Source: an uncultured delta proteobacterium (GTDB taxonomy: Bacteria > Desulfobacterota > WTBG01). Taken from it: 64,000 bases of DNA. The stretch lies in the NCBI GenBank assembly GCA_963751515.1, contig CAVVUR010000016.1:12086-76085 (forward strand). Reading direction: 5' to 3'. Position numbers and translations under genes: made by a program. Within the stretch, counting starts at the first letter, position 1. Every line of letters starts with the position of its first letter. Shown piece after piece: positions 56,466 through 64,000 of the stretch. A model generated the notes under the pieces. That model was given only the letters and a program-made list of their open reading frames with translations, made no database searches and had not been told where the DNA came from.

Positions 56466-57695
56466 ATGAAGCTGCCTTATATTTTACTACTCCCCCTATT
56501 GCTCTTTGTTGCCACGGCGGCATCCTTTCCCGGCACATCAGTTGATCCGGCAAGCCCGGCCGATGACGCGGCAGTGAGCGCTGGAAATACGCGGTTTGCA
56601 CTTGACCTGTACCGCCAGCTGAGGGCAGCCAAGGGAAACCTTTTTTTCTCTCCCTACAGCATTTCAACCGCACTTGCCATGACCTATGTGGGCGCCCGCG
56701 GCACCACCCAGCAGCAGATGGCGGAAACATTGCATTTCATGCCGGATGGGCAGACGCTGCACCCCGCATTTTCATCCCTTCAGTCGCAGCTGAAGCAGGA
56801 ACAGGAAAAAGGTGAGATTGAGCTGAGCGTCGCCAACGCCCTGTGGATAGAGAAGAATTTTTCATTGCTGCAGACCTTTACCAGCCTGACCGGCCGCTAT
56901 TACGAGGCGACATTGCACAGGGTTGCTTTTACCAATGAGACTGAAAAGGCGCGCCGTGCCATCAACTCATGGGTGGAAGAAAAAACCAAAAACAAAATAC
57001 AGGAATTAATTAAACCCGGCGTGCTGGATTCACTCACCCGCCTGGTTCTTACCAATGCCATATATTTTAAAGGGAAATGGGCGCGACAGTTTACAAAGGA
57101 CCGGACGCAAGAAGAGCAGTTCTGGATGGCACCAGGAAAGGCGGTCATGGTGCCCATGATGAACCAGCAGGATGAATTCGGGTACTTGGAGGATGAAATG
57201 CTTCAGGCCCTTGAACTGCCCTACGCCGGCGACAATCTTTCCATGATCGTGCTCCTGCCCCGGAAGGCCGACGGACTGCCTGAGCTCGAAGCTGCTTTGA
57301 CAGCCGAGGTTCTCGCTTCCCGGCTGGATGCCATCAGGAAACGTGAAGTCCGGGTATGCCTGCCGAAATTCACCATGACCTCTCAGTTCGAACTCGCCAA
57401 AACACTGGGCGCCATGGGTATGCCGGATGCGTTCAGCGAGGCGGCGGACTTTTCCGGCATGACCGGCGGCAAGGATCTCTTTATCAGCGCCGTGGTGCAC
57501 AAGGCCTTCGTGGATGTCAACGAGGAGGGAACCGAGGCGGCCGCGGCAACGGGCGTGGCCATGCGCCTCACCGCAGCACCGGCGCCCCCGCCGCTCTTCC
57601 GGGCGGATCACCCCTTCATCTTCCTGGTCCGGCACAATCCGACAGGAAGCATCCTTTTTCTGGGAAGGTTAAGCCGACCGGCTGAAGCGTTGTAA
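56466..57695 (+). CDS. Serpin-family serine protease inhibitor with signal peptide
   Basis: The sequence carries …NTRFALDLYRQL…NLFFSPYSISTALAMTYVGARGTT…, the hinge and reactive-centre loop …EEGTEAAAATGVAMRLTAAP…, and …FRADHPFIFLVRH…. Confidence 0.85.
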   Translation: MKLPYILLLPLLLFVATAASFPGTSVDPASPADDAAVSAGNTRFALDLYRQLRAAKGNLFFSPYSISTALAMTYVGARGTTQQQMAETLHFMPDGQTLHPAFSSLQSQLKQEQEKGEIELSVANALWIEKNFSLLQTFTSLTGRYYEATLHRVAFTNETEKARRAINSWVEEKTKNKIQELIKPGVLDSLTRLVLTNAIYFKGKWARQFTKDRTQEEQFWMAPGKAVMVPMMNQQDEFGYLEDEMLQALELPYAGDNLSMIVLLPRKADGLPELEAALTAEVLASRLDAIRKREVRVCLPKFTMTSQFELAKTLGAMGMPDAFSEAADFSGMTGGKDLFISAVVHKAFVDVNEEGTEAAAATGVAMRLTAAPAPPPLFRADHPFIFLVRHNPTGSILFLGRLSRPAEAL

Positions 57696-57793
57696 TGTTT
57701 CCGCCCAATGGTTGAACCTGGGGCAGGTCTGAGGAATCCCTGCCCACCCAAGCGGCTTCACAGATTATCCAAAAAAGTCAAGAGGAGCGCTCA

Positions 57794-58093
57794 ATGTCCG
57801 CCTATCTCATACTCGACATCGACGTCCACAATCAGGAGCTGTATGCCCGGTATGTCGCGCGGGCCACGTCAATTATTGAAAAGGCAGGGGGAAGGTATCT
57901 GGTGCGGGGCGGCAGGGTAACCCGTCTCTCGGGAGAGTGGCTTCCGAAACGGCTGGTGGTTATAGAATTCAAGTCGGTGGAGCAGGCACAGCAGTGCTTT
58001 TCCTCGCCGGAGTATCTGAAGATTGCCCCACTCCGGGAGCAGGCAGCCGTTTCACGCGCCATTATCGTGGAAGGTTACGCCCCGCCTCAATGA
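57794..58093 (+). CDS. DUF1330-domain protein
   Basis: MSAYLILDIDVHNQELYARY…GGRYLVRGG…VVIEFKSVEQAQQCFSSPEY… matches the family pattern. Confidence 0.8.
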   Translation: MSAYLILDIDVHNQELYARYVARATSIIEKAGGRYLVRGGRVTRLSGEWLPKRLVVIEFKSVEQAQQCFSSPEYLKIAPLREQAAVSRAIIVEGYAPPQ

Positions 58094-58102
58094 CACCGGC
58101 GG

Positions 58103-58432
58103 TTATTGAAACGTCTGCAGGATATAGCGGGCGATTGCCTCCGCATCCTTATCCGGTATAACCTTTTCGCTGAAGGAGGTCATGCCGGTGGGCGCCTTGC
58201 GGATAATACTCACGATCGCTTCCGGGGTCTCTATCTTATTTTTTTTCAGATCCTGCGCGTACAGCGTCTTTGCCGGATTGATCACATTCTTCCCGCCGGG
58301 ATGGCACGCCTGGCAGTACCGCTTGAAAAGGGTCTCACCTCCGGAAGCTGCTTCCGTGTTTTGCCCGCAGGCAACTGCGGCACAACACAGAATCAGAAAA
58401 GCACACATCCCACTGAATCCCGCTTTTTTCAT
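58103..58432 (-). CDS. Class I monohaem c-type cytochrome (c553/c6-like), secreted
   Basis: A GGAGG RBS lies 8 nt upstream of the ATG at 58432. A signal peptide, the haem motif CQACH and a distal Met region (…APTGMTSF…) are present. Confidence 0.75.
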   Translation of the reverse strand: MKKAGFSGMCAFLILCCAAVACGQNTEAASGGETLFKRYCQACHPGGKNVINPAKTLYAQDLKKNKIETPEAIVSIIRKAPTGMTSFSEKVIPDKDAEAIARYILQTFQ

Positions 58433-58612
58433 CAATCGCACCTCCGCGTGCACTTTTACCTTTTCACCAGGAATTTTTATAAAACCTCCTCATTTCCCCT
58501 TAACCCAAAGGGCATGCAGTTACCGCTTCGGGCCAGCTTCATCGCAAGGGCACGGGAGGAGGAAAATGCAGTTTCGCCTCTTCCAACTCCTCACCACATT
58601 CCGGACAGGGTT

Positions 58613-59209
58613 TTAATTCTTATAGGCACCAATCCAGTCTATCTCCAGGCGGAAAGGACCATTTTGCTTATCCGCAATCAAAAATCCGAAGGTTTTTATT
58701 TGTGCCTTGTCAACCGGAGGGGCACTGGTTGTCTGTCCCATGAATTTGGCAACGAATGACGAAAAGGGGGCATCAATGGTGAGCCATTCGCCGTTTTTAG
58801 TGCTGAATGCAAACCGGTAGGAAAAGCCATTGAAGGCACCGTCATTTTTCAGGGTAATCTTATAGTTTTTCCCGTCACCTTTAACCCGGAATCTGATGCC
58901 GTCAAACCCGCTCACATCGAATTGTGCCGGTTTCATGTTTGCCGAGGCAAAGCCGCCATTGTTTTCCAATGAGACCGCACCGGAGAAAACGGCGGTTCCC
59001 GGCTTCTGCACAATAAAGCTGCTGTTTGAAACCCCTCCCATGACCACATCGTTGATGACGGACCAGTTGGCCGCGTCACCCGATTGTTCAAAATCAAGCA
59101 GTATGCGCTGTTTTGCTTCCTCCGCCATAACCGTAGCCCCCGTAAAAAGTATGCTTAAGGAAAATATCAGGAACAATCTGCAATAACTTCTGATCACGCC
59201 ATCTTTCAT
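58613..59209 (-). CDS. CIA30-domain (complex I intermediate-associated protein 30-like) secreted protein
   Basis: The sequence reads …WSVINDVVMGGVSNSSF…FSGAVSLENNGGFASAN…. Confidence 0.75.
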   Translation of the reverse strand: MKDGVIRSYCRLFLIFSLSILFTGATVMAEEAKQRILLDFEQSGDAANWSVINDVVMGGVSNSSFIVQKPGTAVFSGAVSLENNGGFASANMKPAQFDVSGFDGIRFRVKGDGKNYKITLKNDGAFNGFSYRFAFSTKNGEWLTIDAPFSSFVAKFMGQTTSAPPVDKAQIKTFGFLIADKQNGPFRLEIDWIGAYKN

Positions 59210-59387
59210 GCGGCTGACCTCCTTTCAATCATGCGCCCTCATGCGGCTCAACAGGCTTTGTGCACTCTTTTCCTCATAGGGCATTCACTATCTGTGTAAC
59301 ACATAGCGTCATGATTGTAAACAGTTGCTCTGCAAATCCAACCCGAAAGTTCCGATAATGCCCTTAAACAGCGGCTGTCTCCGCCGT

Positions 59388-59498
59388 CTAGTGCAGTGCG
59401 TCATTGATTCCTTTATTTATATGTGGCTCACGGGAGGGGGCTTGTAACGCCACAACAAAATCATGCTGAACCGGTAGAACGGCAGCGTCTCTCTAACT
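59388..59498 (-). repeat. Family-1 MITE half-copy C (leader + one terminal repeat + ~50 nt of core)
   Basis: It is near-identical to 43253..43364 (ctagtgcagtgcgtcattgatt.ctttatttatatgtggctca.ggg…ccacaacaaaat.at.c.gaaccggtagaacggcagcgtctctctaact). Confidence 0.7.
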
Positions 59499-59502
59499 GG
59501 TT

Positions 59503-59631
59503 TTCAGGCTGTTCAAAAACCACCAGATGCAAGGCACGCGAAATCCTGAGGAATGAGGCTTACATACATGTACGCTGCAGTGACGAAGGATGAGCGTGTA
59601 ACGCAGGGGATGGGTGTTTTTCAACAGCCCG
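59503..59631 (+). repeat. Intergenic repeat family 2, copy C2, abutting the family-1 half-copy
   Basis: caggctgttcaaaaac…gatgcaaggcacg…aaatcctgagg.atgaggc…gaaggatga.cgtgtaac.caggggatgggtgtttttcaacagcc aligns to 47236..47366. It ends at the stop codon of the ABC permease gene. Confidence 0.65.
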
Positions 59632-61329
59632 CTAAACTTCCAGGCTTGAGAGTTGCTGAAGCCCCAGGCGCATGGGGAGAATGGCCACAAGCGCATTCAG
59701 CAACGCGGCGGCCGTAAGCAGGCCGGCGATCTCGGTCCGTTCCCAGCCGGTCAGGGGCAAACCCCTGAATTGAGCCATGAAGAAGAGGTAGACCGGCCGC
59801 GCCTCCAGCACCACCATCAGCCCTATAAACAGCACCGCCACGATCATGTAAAACATGCCGCCGAAACCCGTGGCCACCTGCGATACGTTTTCCGCGTTGA
59901 AGCGGGGGAACCGGGCGCCGCACCCCATGCCCAGGCTGGTAATGCCAAAGGTCATTCCCGCAATGCTCAACACCGAGAGCCACTGCATGAAAGGGGCCGC
60001 GTTCATCAGCAGATTGGTGGTGATGATGAGCAGTTCGGCCGGAATGAGCAGAAAGAAGAAATTGACCCAGAACTTGCTCCAGAGCACCGTGCGCAACTCC
60101 AGAGGCGACGACTTGAGGATCCAGAAGGATTTTCCCTCGATGCTTACGCCGGGAAAGGTAAACCGCCCGGCGATAGCGGCAATCACAAATGCCGCCAGTC
60201 CCAGATTAAGGAAGGCAATGACATTCTGCAGATAGAATGTGGGAAGCGGCGAGCGCTCCATGGGAAGGACGCTGAAATTATACACGTAGATAACGATCAG
60301 CGCCCCGATCAGGAAGAGCTGCGTCCACTGGTTGGTGTCCCGCAGAAAAAGCTTCAGATCCTTGAGAATGATGACGCGGACCGCCGGGGAAAGCGGATTC
60401 AGCAACCATTCAAGAGCGCGGTTGAACAGTGTTGACCGGGAAAAGCGGGCGGTTCTGGCCTCCTGGGCCTTTGACCAGGCGTCAACGTAGTGGCGCTTGA
60501 AGACCCATTCGCCCATGACCGCGAAGGCCAAACCGGTGCTCCAGAGCAGCATGACCGGGAATGGCGACCAGCGCGCGGTATCAAAAAGAAAAGGGGCCAG
60601 GCCGTCGGCCGCCCACTGGCTGGGGAAAAAGGGAGAGGTGGGTGTTCGTAAATTGCTGACATAATCCATCATCAGGTAAAAGCTCTCCGGGTCCACCAGC
60701 CGCTCGGGCTGAAGGAAGCGGATGAAGAGAAACACCCCCACCACAATCAGGATGAAGGCAAACACGATGATCTCCTTCAGGCGGCGCGCGGGAACGAGGG
60801 AGACCAGAAGCAGGATGAGCACGGTTGCTGCCGCGGCAGGGATGAGCACAAAGGGGATGATCACCCCCGCCAGGGCAAGATAATAAGCGAACGAGGCATG
60901 GTATACCAGGCCGTAGGCGAGGAAGACGGGCGAGCTGAAGAAAAGCACCGTCCAGGAGCTGCTGATCACGGTTTCAAGAAACCGGCCGGCATAGAGGCCG
61001 GTGGCGGAAACGGGCATCGCGTTGAGCAGCTGCAGGTCGTCCGACAAAAAATAGGTGGAAAGCGCGGTGATGGTATTACTGAAGAGCAGCAGTGAGAAGC
61101 AGGTGAGAAAGACCATGGAGAGCAGCTTGGCGGCGAGAAGGGTCCCGATGACCTCGATGCCGGCAAAGTAGCCCAGCACCCGGTAAAATATGTAAAAGGT
61201 CCCGGCCCAGAAGAGCATCGCGGCGGCAGAAAAAATAATCACGCGAACCAGCTTCCTGCTCCCCGCATCCCTTGAGCTGTTCCGGTAAGAAAGTACTTTT
61301 GCCGCAAGCAGCAGTAGGGTTTCACCCAT
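59632..61329 (-). CDS. Polytopic membrane protein, putative ABC-exporter permease (565 aa, ~12+ TM)
   Basis: It is hydrophobic throughout and sits directly downstream of the ABC ATPase gene. No further family assignment is possible by eye. Confidence 0.6.
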   Translation of the reverse strand: MGETLLLLAAKVLSYRNSSRDAGSRKLVRVIIFSAAAMLFWAGTFYIFYRVLGYFAGIEVIGTLLAAKLLSMVFLTCFSLLLFSNTITALSTYFLSDDLQLLNAMPVSATGLYAGRFLETVISSSWTVLFFSSPVFLAYGLVYHASFAYYLALAGVIIPFVLIPAAAATVLILLLVSLVPARRLKEIIVFAFILIVVGVFLFIRFLQPERLVDPESFYLMMDYVSNLRTPTSPFFPSQWAADGLAPFLFDTARWSPFPVMLLWSTGLAFAVMGEWVFKRHYVDAWSKAQEARTARFSRSTLFNRALEWLLNPLSPAVRVIILKDLKLFLRDTNQWTQLFLIGALIVIYVYNFSVLPMERSPLPTFYLQNVIAFLNLGLAAFVIAAIAGRFTFPGVSIEGKSFWILKSSPLELRTVLWSKFWVNFFFLLIPAELLIITTNLLMNAAPFMQWLSVLSIAGMTFGITSLGMGCGARFPRFNAENVSQVATGFGGMFYMIVAVLFIGLMVVLEARPVYLFFMAQFRGLPLTGWERTEIAGLLTAAALLNALVAILPMRLGLQQLSSLEV

Positions 61330-61348
61330 GCCCGTGATCTCCTTAGAC

Positions 61349-61433
61349 GGTTGTTAAAAAAACCCATCTGATTTGCGTCTCAAAGGGGGAGGGGCTTTTG
61401 AACAGCCTGAAGAAAACACTTTTTCAACAACCG
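61349..61433. repeat. Composite repeat remnant E (family-2-like end + solo family-1 terminal repeat + cagcctg…ctttttcaacaacc motif)
   Basis: ggttgttaaaaaaaccc … ttgcgtctcaaagggggaggggctttt gaacagcctgaagaaaacactttttcaacaacc. The last part also flanks copy A (35336-35365). It fills the whole ATPase-permease spacer. Confidence 0.5.
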
Positions 61434-61434
61434 G

Positions 61435-62193
61435 TCAGAACTGCATCGAATCCGCCAGACGGCGCTCTTCCTCTCCCCCGGTAAGCTTGAAAAAGAGGGT
61501 TTCCAGCTTAACCCCCTCGCTGCCCGCCTTTTGCCTGAGCTCACCGATCGTGCCCGACGCCACAATCCGGCCTCCGTGAATGATGGCAATGCGGTCGCAG
61601 ACCTCCTCCGCCACTTCCAGGGTATGGGTGGACATGAAAACCGCCCCCCCACGCGAGGCAAAGCTTCGGAACACCTCTTTTACCAGCCGGGCACCGGCCG
61701 GATCCAGCCCCACCATGGGCTCATCCACAATGATTATTTTGGGCTGGTGCAGGAACGCGGATATCATCACCAGCCGCTGCTTCATGCCATGAGAAAAACT
61801 TTCAATCAGCTCGTCCTTCCACTCCTCGATGCCGAACAGCCGTAAAAGCGCCGTCATACGCTCATCGGTTTCATTGGCTGCGCAGCCGTAAAGCCCGGCA
61901 AGAAAACGGAGGAATTCACGCGCGGTCAGCTTTTCATAGAGAAACGGCCGGTCGGGAATGAACCCCACCGCCTTTTTCGCCTCCAGCGGGTGCTCCTCCA
62001 GGTCCCACCCGTCAATGATCACCTGCCCGCTGCTGGGCTTGATCAGGCCCGCCAGCATCTTGATGGTGGTGGTCTTCCCCGCCCCGTTCGGGCCCAGGAA
62101 ACCGAAAATCTCCCCCCGCTTCACCTCCAGGGAAACGCCGTCGACGGCAATGAGATTGCCGAACCGCTTTGAAAGCTCGCGCAGCTGCATCAT
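61435..62193 (-). CDS. ABC transporter ATP-binding protein
   Basis: The motifs are Walker A GPNGAGKTT, signature FSHGMKQR, Walker B IIIVDEP and an H-loop MSTH. Confidence 0.9.
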   Translation of the reverse strand: MMQLRELSKRFGNLIAVDGVSLEVKRGEIFGFLGPNGAGKTTTIKMLAGLIKPSSGQVIIDGWDLEEHPLEAKKAVGFIPDRPFLYEKLTAREFLRFLAGLYGCAANETDERMTALLRLFGIEEWKDELIESFSHGMKQRLVMISAFLHQPKIIIVDEPMVGLDPAGARLVKEVFRSFASRGGAVFMSTHTLEVAEEVCDRIAIIHGGRIVASGTIGELRQKAGSEGVKLETLFFKLTGGEEERRLADSMQF

Positions 62194-63671
62194 CGGTATT
62201 CCACCACCTCCACCTTCAGCGCTCCGATCAGCCGGATGATTGCAAGCTGCCGGTCCAGCCCCCCTTCAATCAAACGGATATGGGTTGCGTCCGCCGGAAG
62301 CTGGTCCAGGGTCGGGTCCGCGCTCACCCAGCGCCCCGCGTAAAACTCCGCCCAGGCATGGTAATAGAAGCTGCCCTGATTATACACGATTCCCGCGCAG
62401 AGCTTGCAGGGTATGCCTGCGGCACGACAAAGGGCAACGAAAAGCGTGGCATGTTCATTACAGTCGCCCACCTTCAATCGCAACACATCCAGCGCGCTGG
62501 GAATGCTCAGGGCCGGCTTCTTTTCAATCGTGCGATATACCCAGCCGTGAATGAGCGCAGCCGCTTGGAGGGCATCGCGCTCATCACCGATAATTTCAAC
62601 GGCCTGCGTGCGAAGTGCGGGGTCGGCACTCTGAATAAAAGGGGTGGGGCTGAGATATTCCTGCATCTCCTTTTCGCCAACCGGGATGATGCAGGGCGGT
62701 ACGTCCGAAAGATCCTCCCGGGTAATTTCCAGCGTATCGGCACGCAGTGCCTGCCGTTGTGAGGAAAGGTCAAATCCCTGCAGGTCGCAGTTCATCAGGC
62801 GCACCTTGAGGTATGCCGGATAGTCGGCGGTGATGGGCCTTTCCACCGGAATGGCGCTGGCCGTCAGAAAATCCTTCTTTGTGCCGCGCCAGTTCGCGGT
62901 AAGGGCGTCAACCTTGCTTTCCCGGATCAGCATCAGGCCCATCGGGCTCTCTTCGCGCATGGTATTGCCTTCCTCATCTATCCAGGAGCGCAGCGTGATG
63001 CCCTTAAATGTGCTCCCGAGACGGTAGCATGCAATGGTCCTGCCGCGCATCTCCAGGTCCTCCTTCCCCTCAACCACGATCTCCACCGGGGCGCTGGCCA
63101 TGGTGACGGGATCAAAAATGCTGTAGCGCAGCCTCTTCCCCACCTCCAGTCCCTCGGAAAGCATAAGCGGCTTGAGCGTGCCGGCAAGGCAGGGCGCCTC
63201 CTCCAGCTCGATGGCAGTGCGCTTCGTGCCTGCACCCGACGACATCTCCATCTGCAGCCGGTTGCCGGCAACAGTCCCCGCCGCCTTAAAGCTGAAAAGG
63301 TTTGAAATCATCCGGAAGTCAAATGACCGGAGGGTAAAGGCATTGTCCACCAGGGAGGTTAGCTCCGTGTCTATCCTTTGGGCGGTCCCCATGACCGTGA
63401 GATCCATGACCGCCTGCTCATCCATCTGATAGCCATCGCGCGACTTTTTTATCTTTGAAACGGAATAGCCGACCTTTTCCCCGCCCCAGTAAATCCCCAT
63501 CCACTCCTCCCGCGGCCGCAGCTGGCTAGTGGTGCCACCCGCCCGGGCATGGCTGCCCCCTCCTCCGTCAAAGCAGGTTCTTTGCACCAGTATGCCTACC
63601 ATGCCCAGCCACAGCAGCATGATGGCGGCCCTGATGACGATGCCGGCTGTCTTCCCCAGGTTGTTCCTCAT
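62190..63671 (-). CDS. Transglutaminase-like cysteine protease-fold protein with N-terminal TM anchor
   Basis: The C-terminal core reads …GDCNEHATLFVALCRAAGIP…YHAWAEFY…DPT (a Cys-His-Asp triad arrangement). The stop overlaps the start of the ABC ATPase gene. Confidence 0.75.
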   Translation of the reverse strand: MRNNLGKTAGIVIRAAIMLLWLGMVGILVQRTCFDGGGGSHARAGGTTSQLRPREEWMGIYWGGEKVGYSVSKIKKSRDGYQMDEQAVMDLTVMGTAQRIDTELTSLVDNAFTLRSFDFRMISNLFSFKAAGTVAGNRLQMEMSSGAGTKRTAIELEEAPCLAGTLKPLMLSEGLEVGKRLRYSIFDPVTMASAPVEIVVEGKEDLEMRGRTIACYRLGSTFKGITLRSWIDEEGNTMREESPMGLMLIRESKVDALTANWRGTKKDFLTASAIPVERPITADYPAYLKVRLMNCDLQGFDLSSQRQALRADTLEITREDLSDVPPCIIPVGEKEMQEYLSPTPFIQSADPALRTQAVEIIGDERDALQAAALIHGWVYRTIEKKPALSIPSALDVLRLKVGDCNEHATLFVALCRAAGIPCKLCAGIVYNQGSFYYHAWAEFYAGRWVSADPTLDQLPADATHIRLIEGGLDRQLAIIRLIGALKVEVVEYR

Positions 63672-63683
63672 ATGAATTAAGCC

Positions 63684-64000
63684 TTACAGGTCCCCGAAGG
63701 GCACAGGAACAAACGTCAGCACAAAAATCACCAGCATGCCCAGGCCCAGAATTCTGCGCCTGCCGTCCAGCGGCGCATCATGATCAAGCGGCGCGGGATG
63801 CCGTATGCCCAGCAGGGCAAAAAGGATGAGAGCCCACATCAGCCACATGTGCGACGCCCAGATGCCCAATCCCAGCAGGCAGATCAAGACTGCCGTTGAA
63901 ATGTGTTTTGTTCTCCTGCCGAAGACCGCGTAGGCGATGTGCCCGCCGTCGAGCTGCCCCACCGGAATAAGATTCATGGATGTGACCAGCAGTCCGATCC
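63684..64000 (-). CDS. M50 (site-2 protease) family metallopeptidase, C-terminal part (gene continues past the right edge)
   Basis: …NLIPVGQLDGGHIAYAVFG… is the conserved M50 motif, and TM helices follow. The frame stays open upstream to 64000. Confidence 0.75.
   Translation of the reverse strand, partial: IGLLVTSMNLIPVGQLDGGHIAYAVFGRRTKHISTAVLICLLGLGIWASHMWLMWALILFALLGIRHPAPLDHDAPLDGRRRILGLGMLVIFVLTFVPVPFGDL

Noticed and set aside
35101-61433. Autonomous IS/transposon or prophage origin of the repeats
   Set aside because: No transposase, integrase or phage gene is present anywhere in the window. The elements are 85-260 bp and non-coding, so they are reported as MITE/REP-like repeats only.

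Overview
The window is 64 kb and roughly 55-60% GC by eye. Gene content suggests an anaerobic Desulfobacterota/deltaproteobacterial-type genome: Geobacter-type citramalate synthase, NuoEFG-like modules, PFOR-like subunits, a sigma-54 activator and a c-type cytochrome. This taxonomic guess is inference only. Almost everything is coding.

Layout:
(1) 1-19.1 kb is a large redox/transport cluster, almost entirely on the minus strand. It contains an RND transporter, a Ycf48/BNR-like lipoprotein, three VAO-type FAD-binding oxidoreductases, a GGR/FixC-like flavoprotein, a ferredoxin, an SCP2-like protein and two tandem ferredoxin-dependent-bilin-reductase (FDBR)-like proteins. A divergent outer-membrane barrel gene follows. 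After it comes a second operon with a GGR-like paralogue, a NuoG-N-terminal-like FeS protein, NuoF-like and NuoE-like proteins, orphan PFOR beta-like and delta-like subunits, and a small ferredoxin missing from the ORF track. I consider this the best candidate for an undescribed system.
(2) 19.2-32 kb holds a tRNA(CAU) and cell-surface/secreted proteins. The largest is an 838-aa beta-propeller + thrombospondin-type-3 + dockerin protein in a visibly AT-richer patch. Also here are a decayed FG-GAP gene, a GalE-like epimerase, a GAF/sigma-54 activator, pilT and a candidate terminated small transcript.
(3) 32-54.7 kb is housekeeping: a J-protein, a ClpX-like AAA+ ATPase, cimA, lysC, tsaE, nnr, pdxJ, cdaA with a YbbR protein, folP, ftsH, tilS, a nucleotide-sugar dehydrogenase and pgm.
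(4) 54.7-64 kb holds small proteins, an NlpC/P60 lipoprotein, a serpin, DUF1330, cytochrome c, CIA30 and an M50-transglutaminase-ABC operon.

Three families of short intergenic repeats (MITE-like, with terminal inverted repeats) recur across the window, with no transposase present. Five otherwise conserved genes carry single-nucleotide frameshifts, three of them at or next to short homopolymer/GC runs (the A-run and the two G/C-rich sites). This pattern looks more like assembly indel error than real decay. No CRISPR array, rRNA, prophage or IS transposase was seen.
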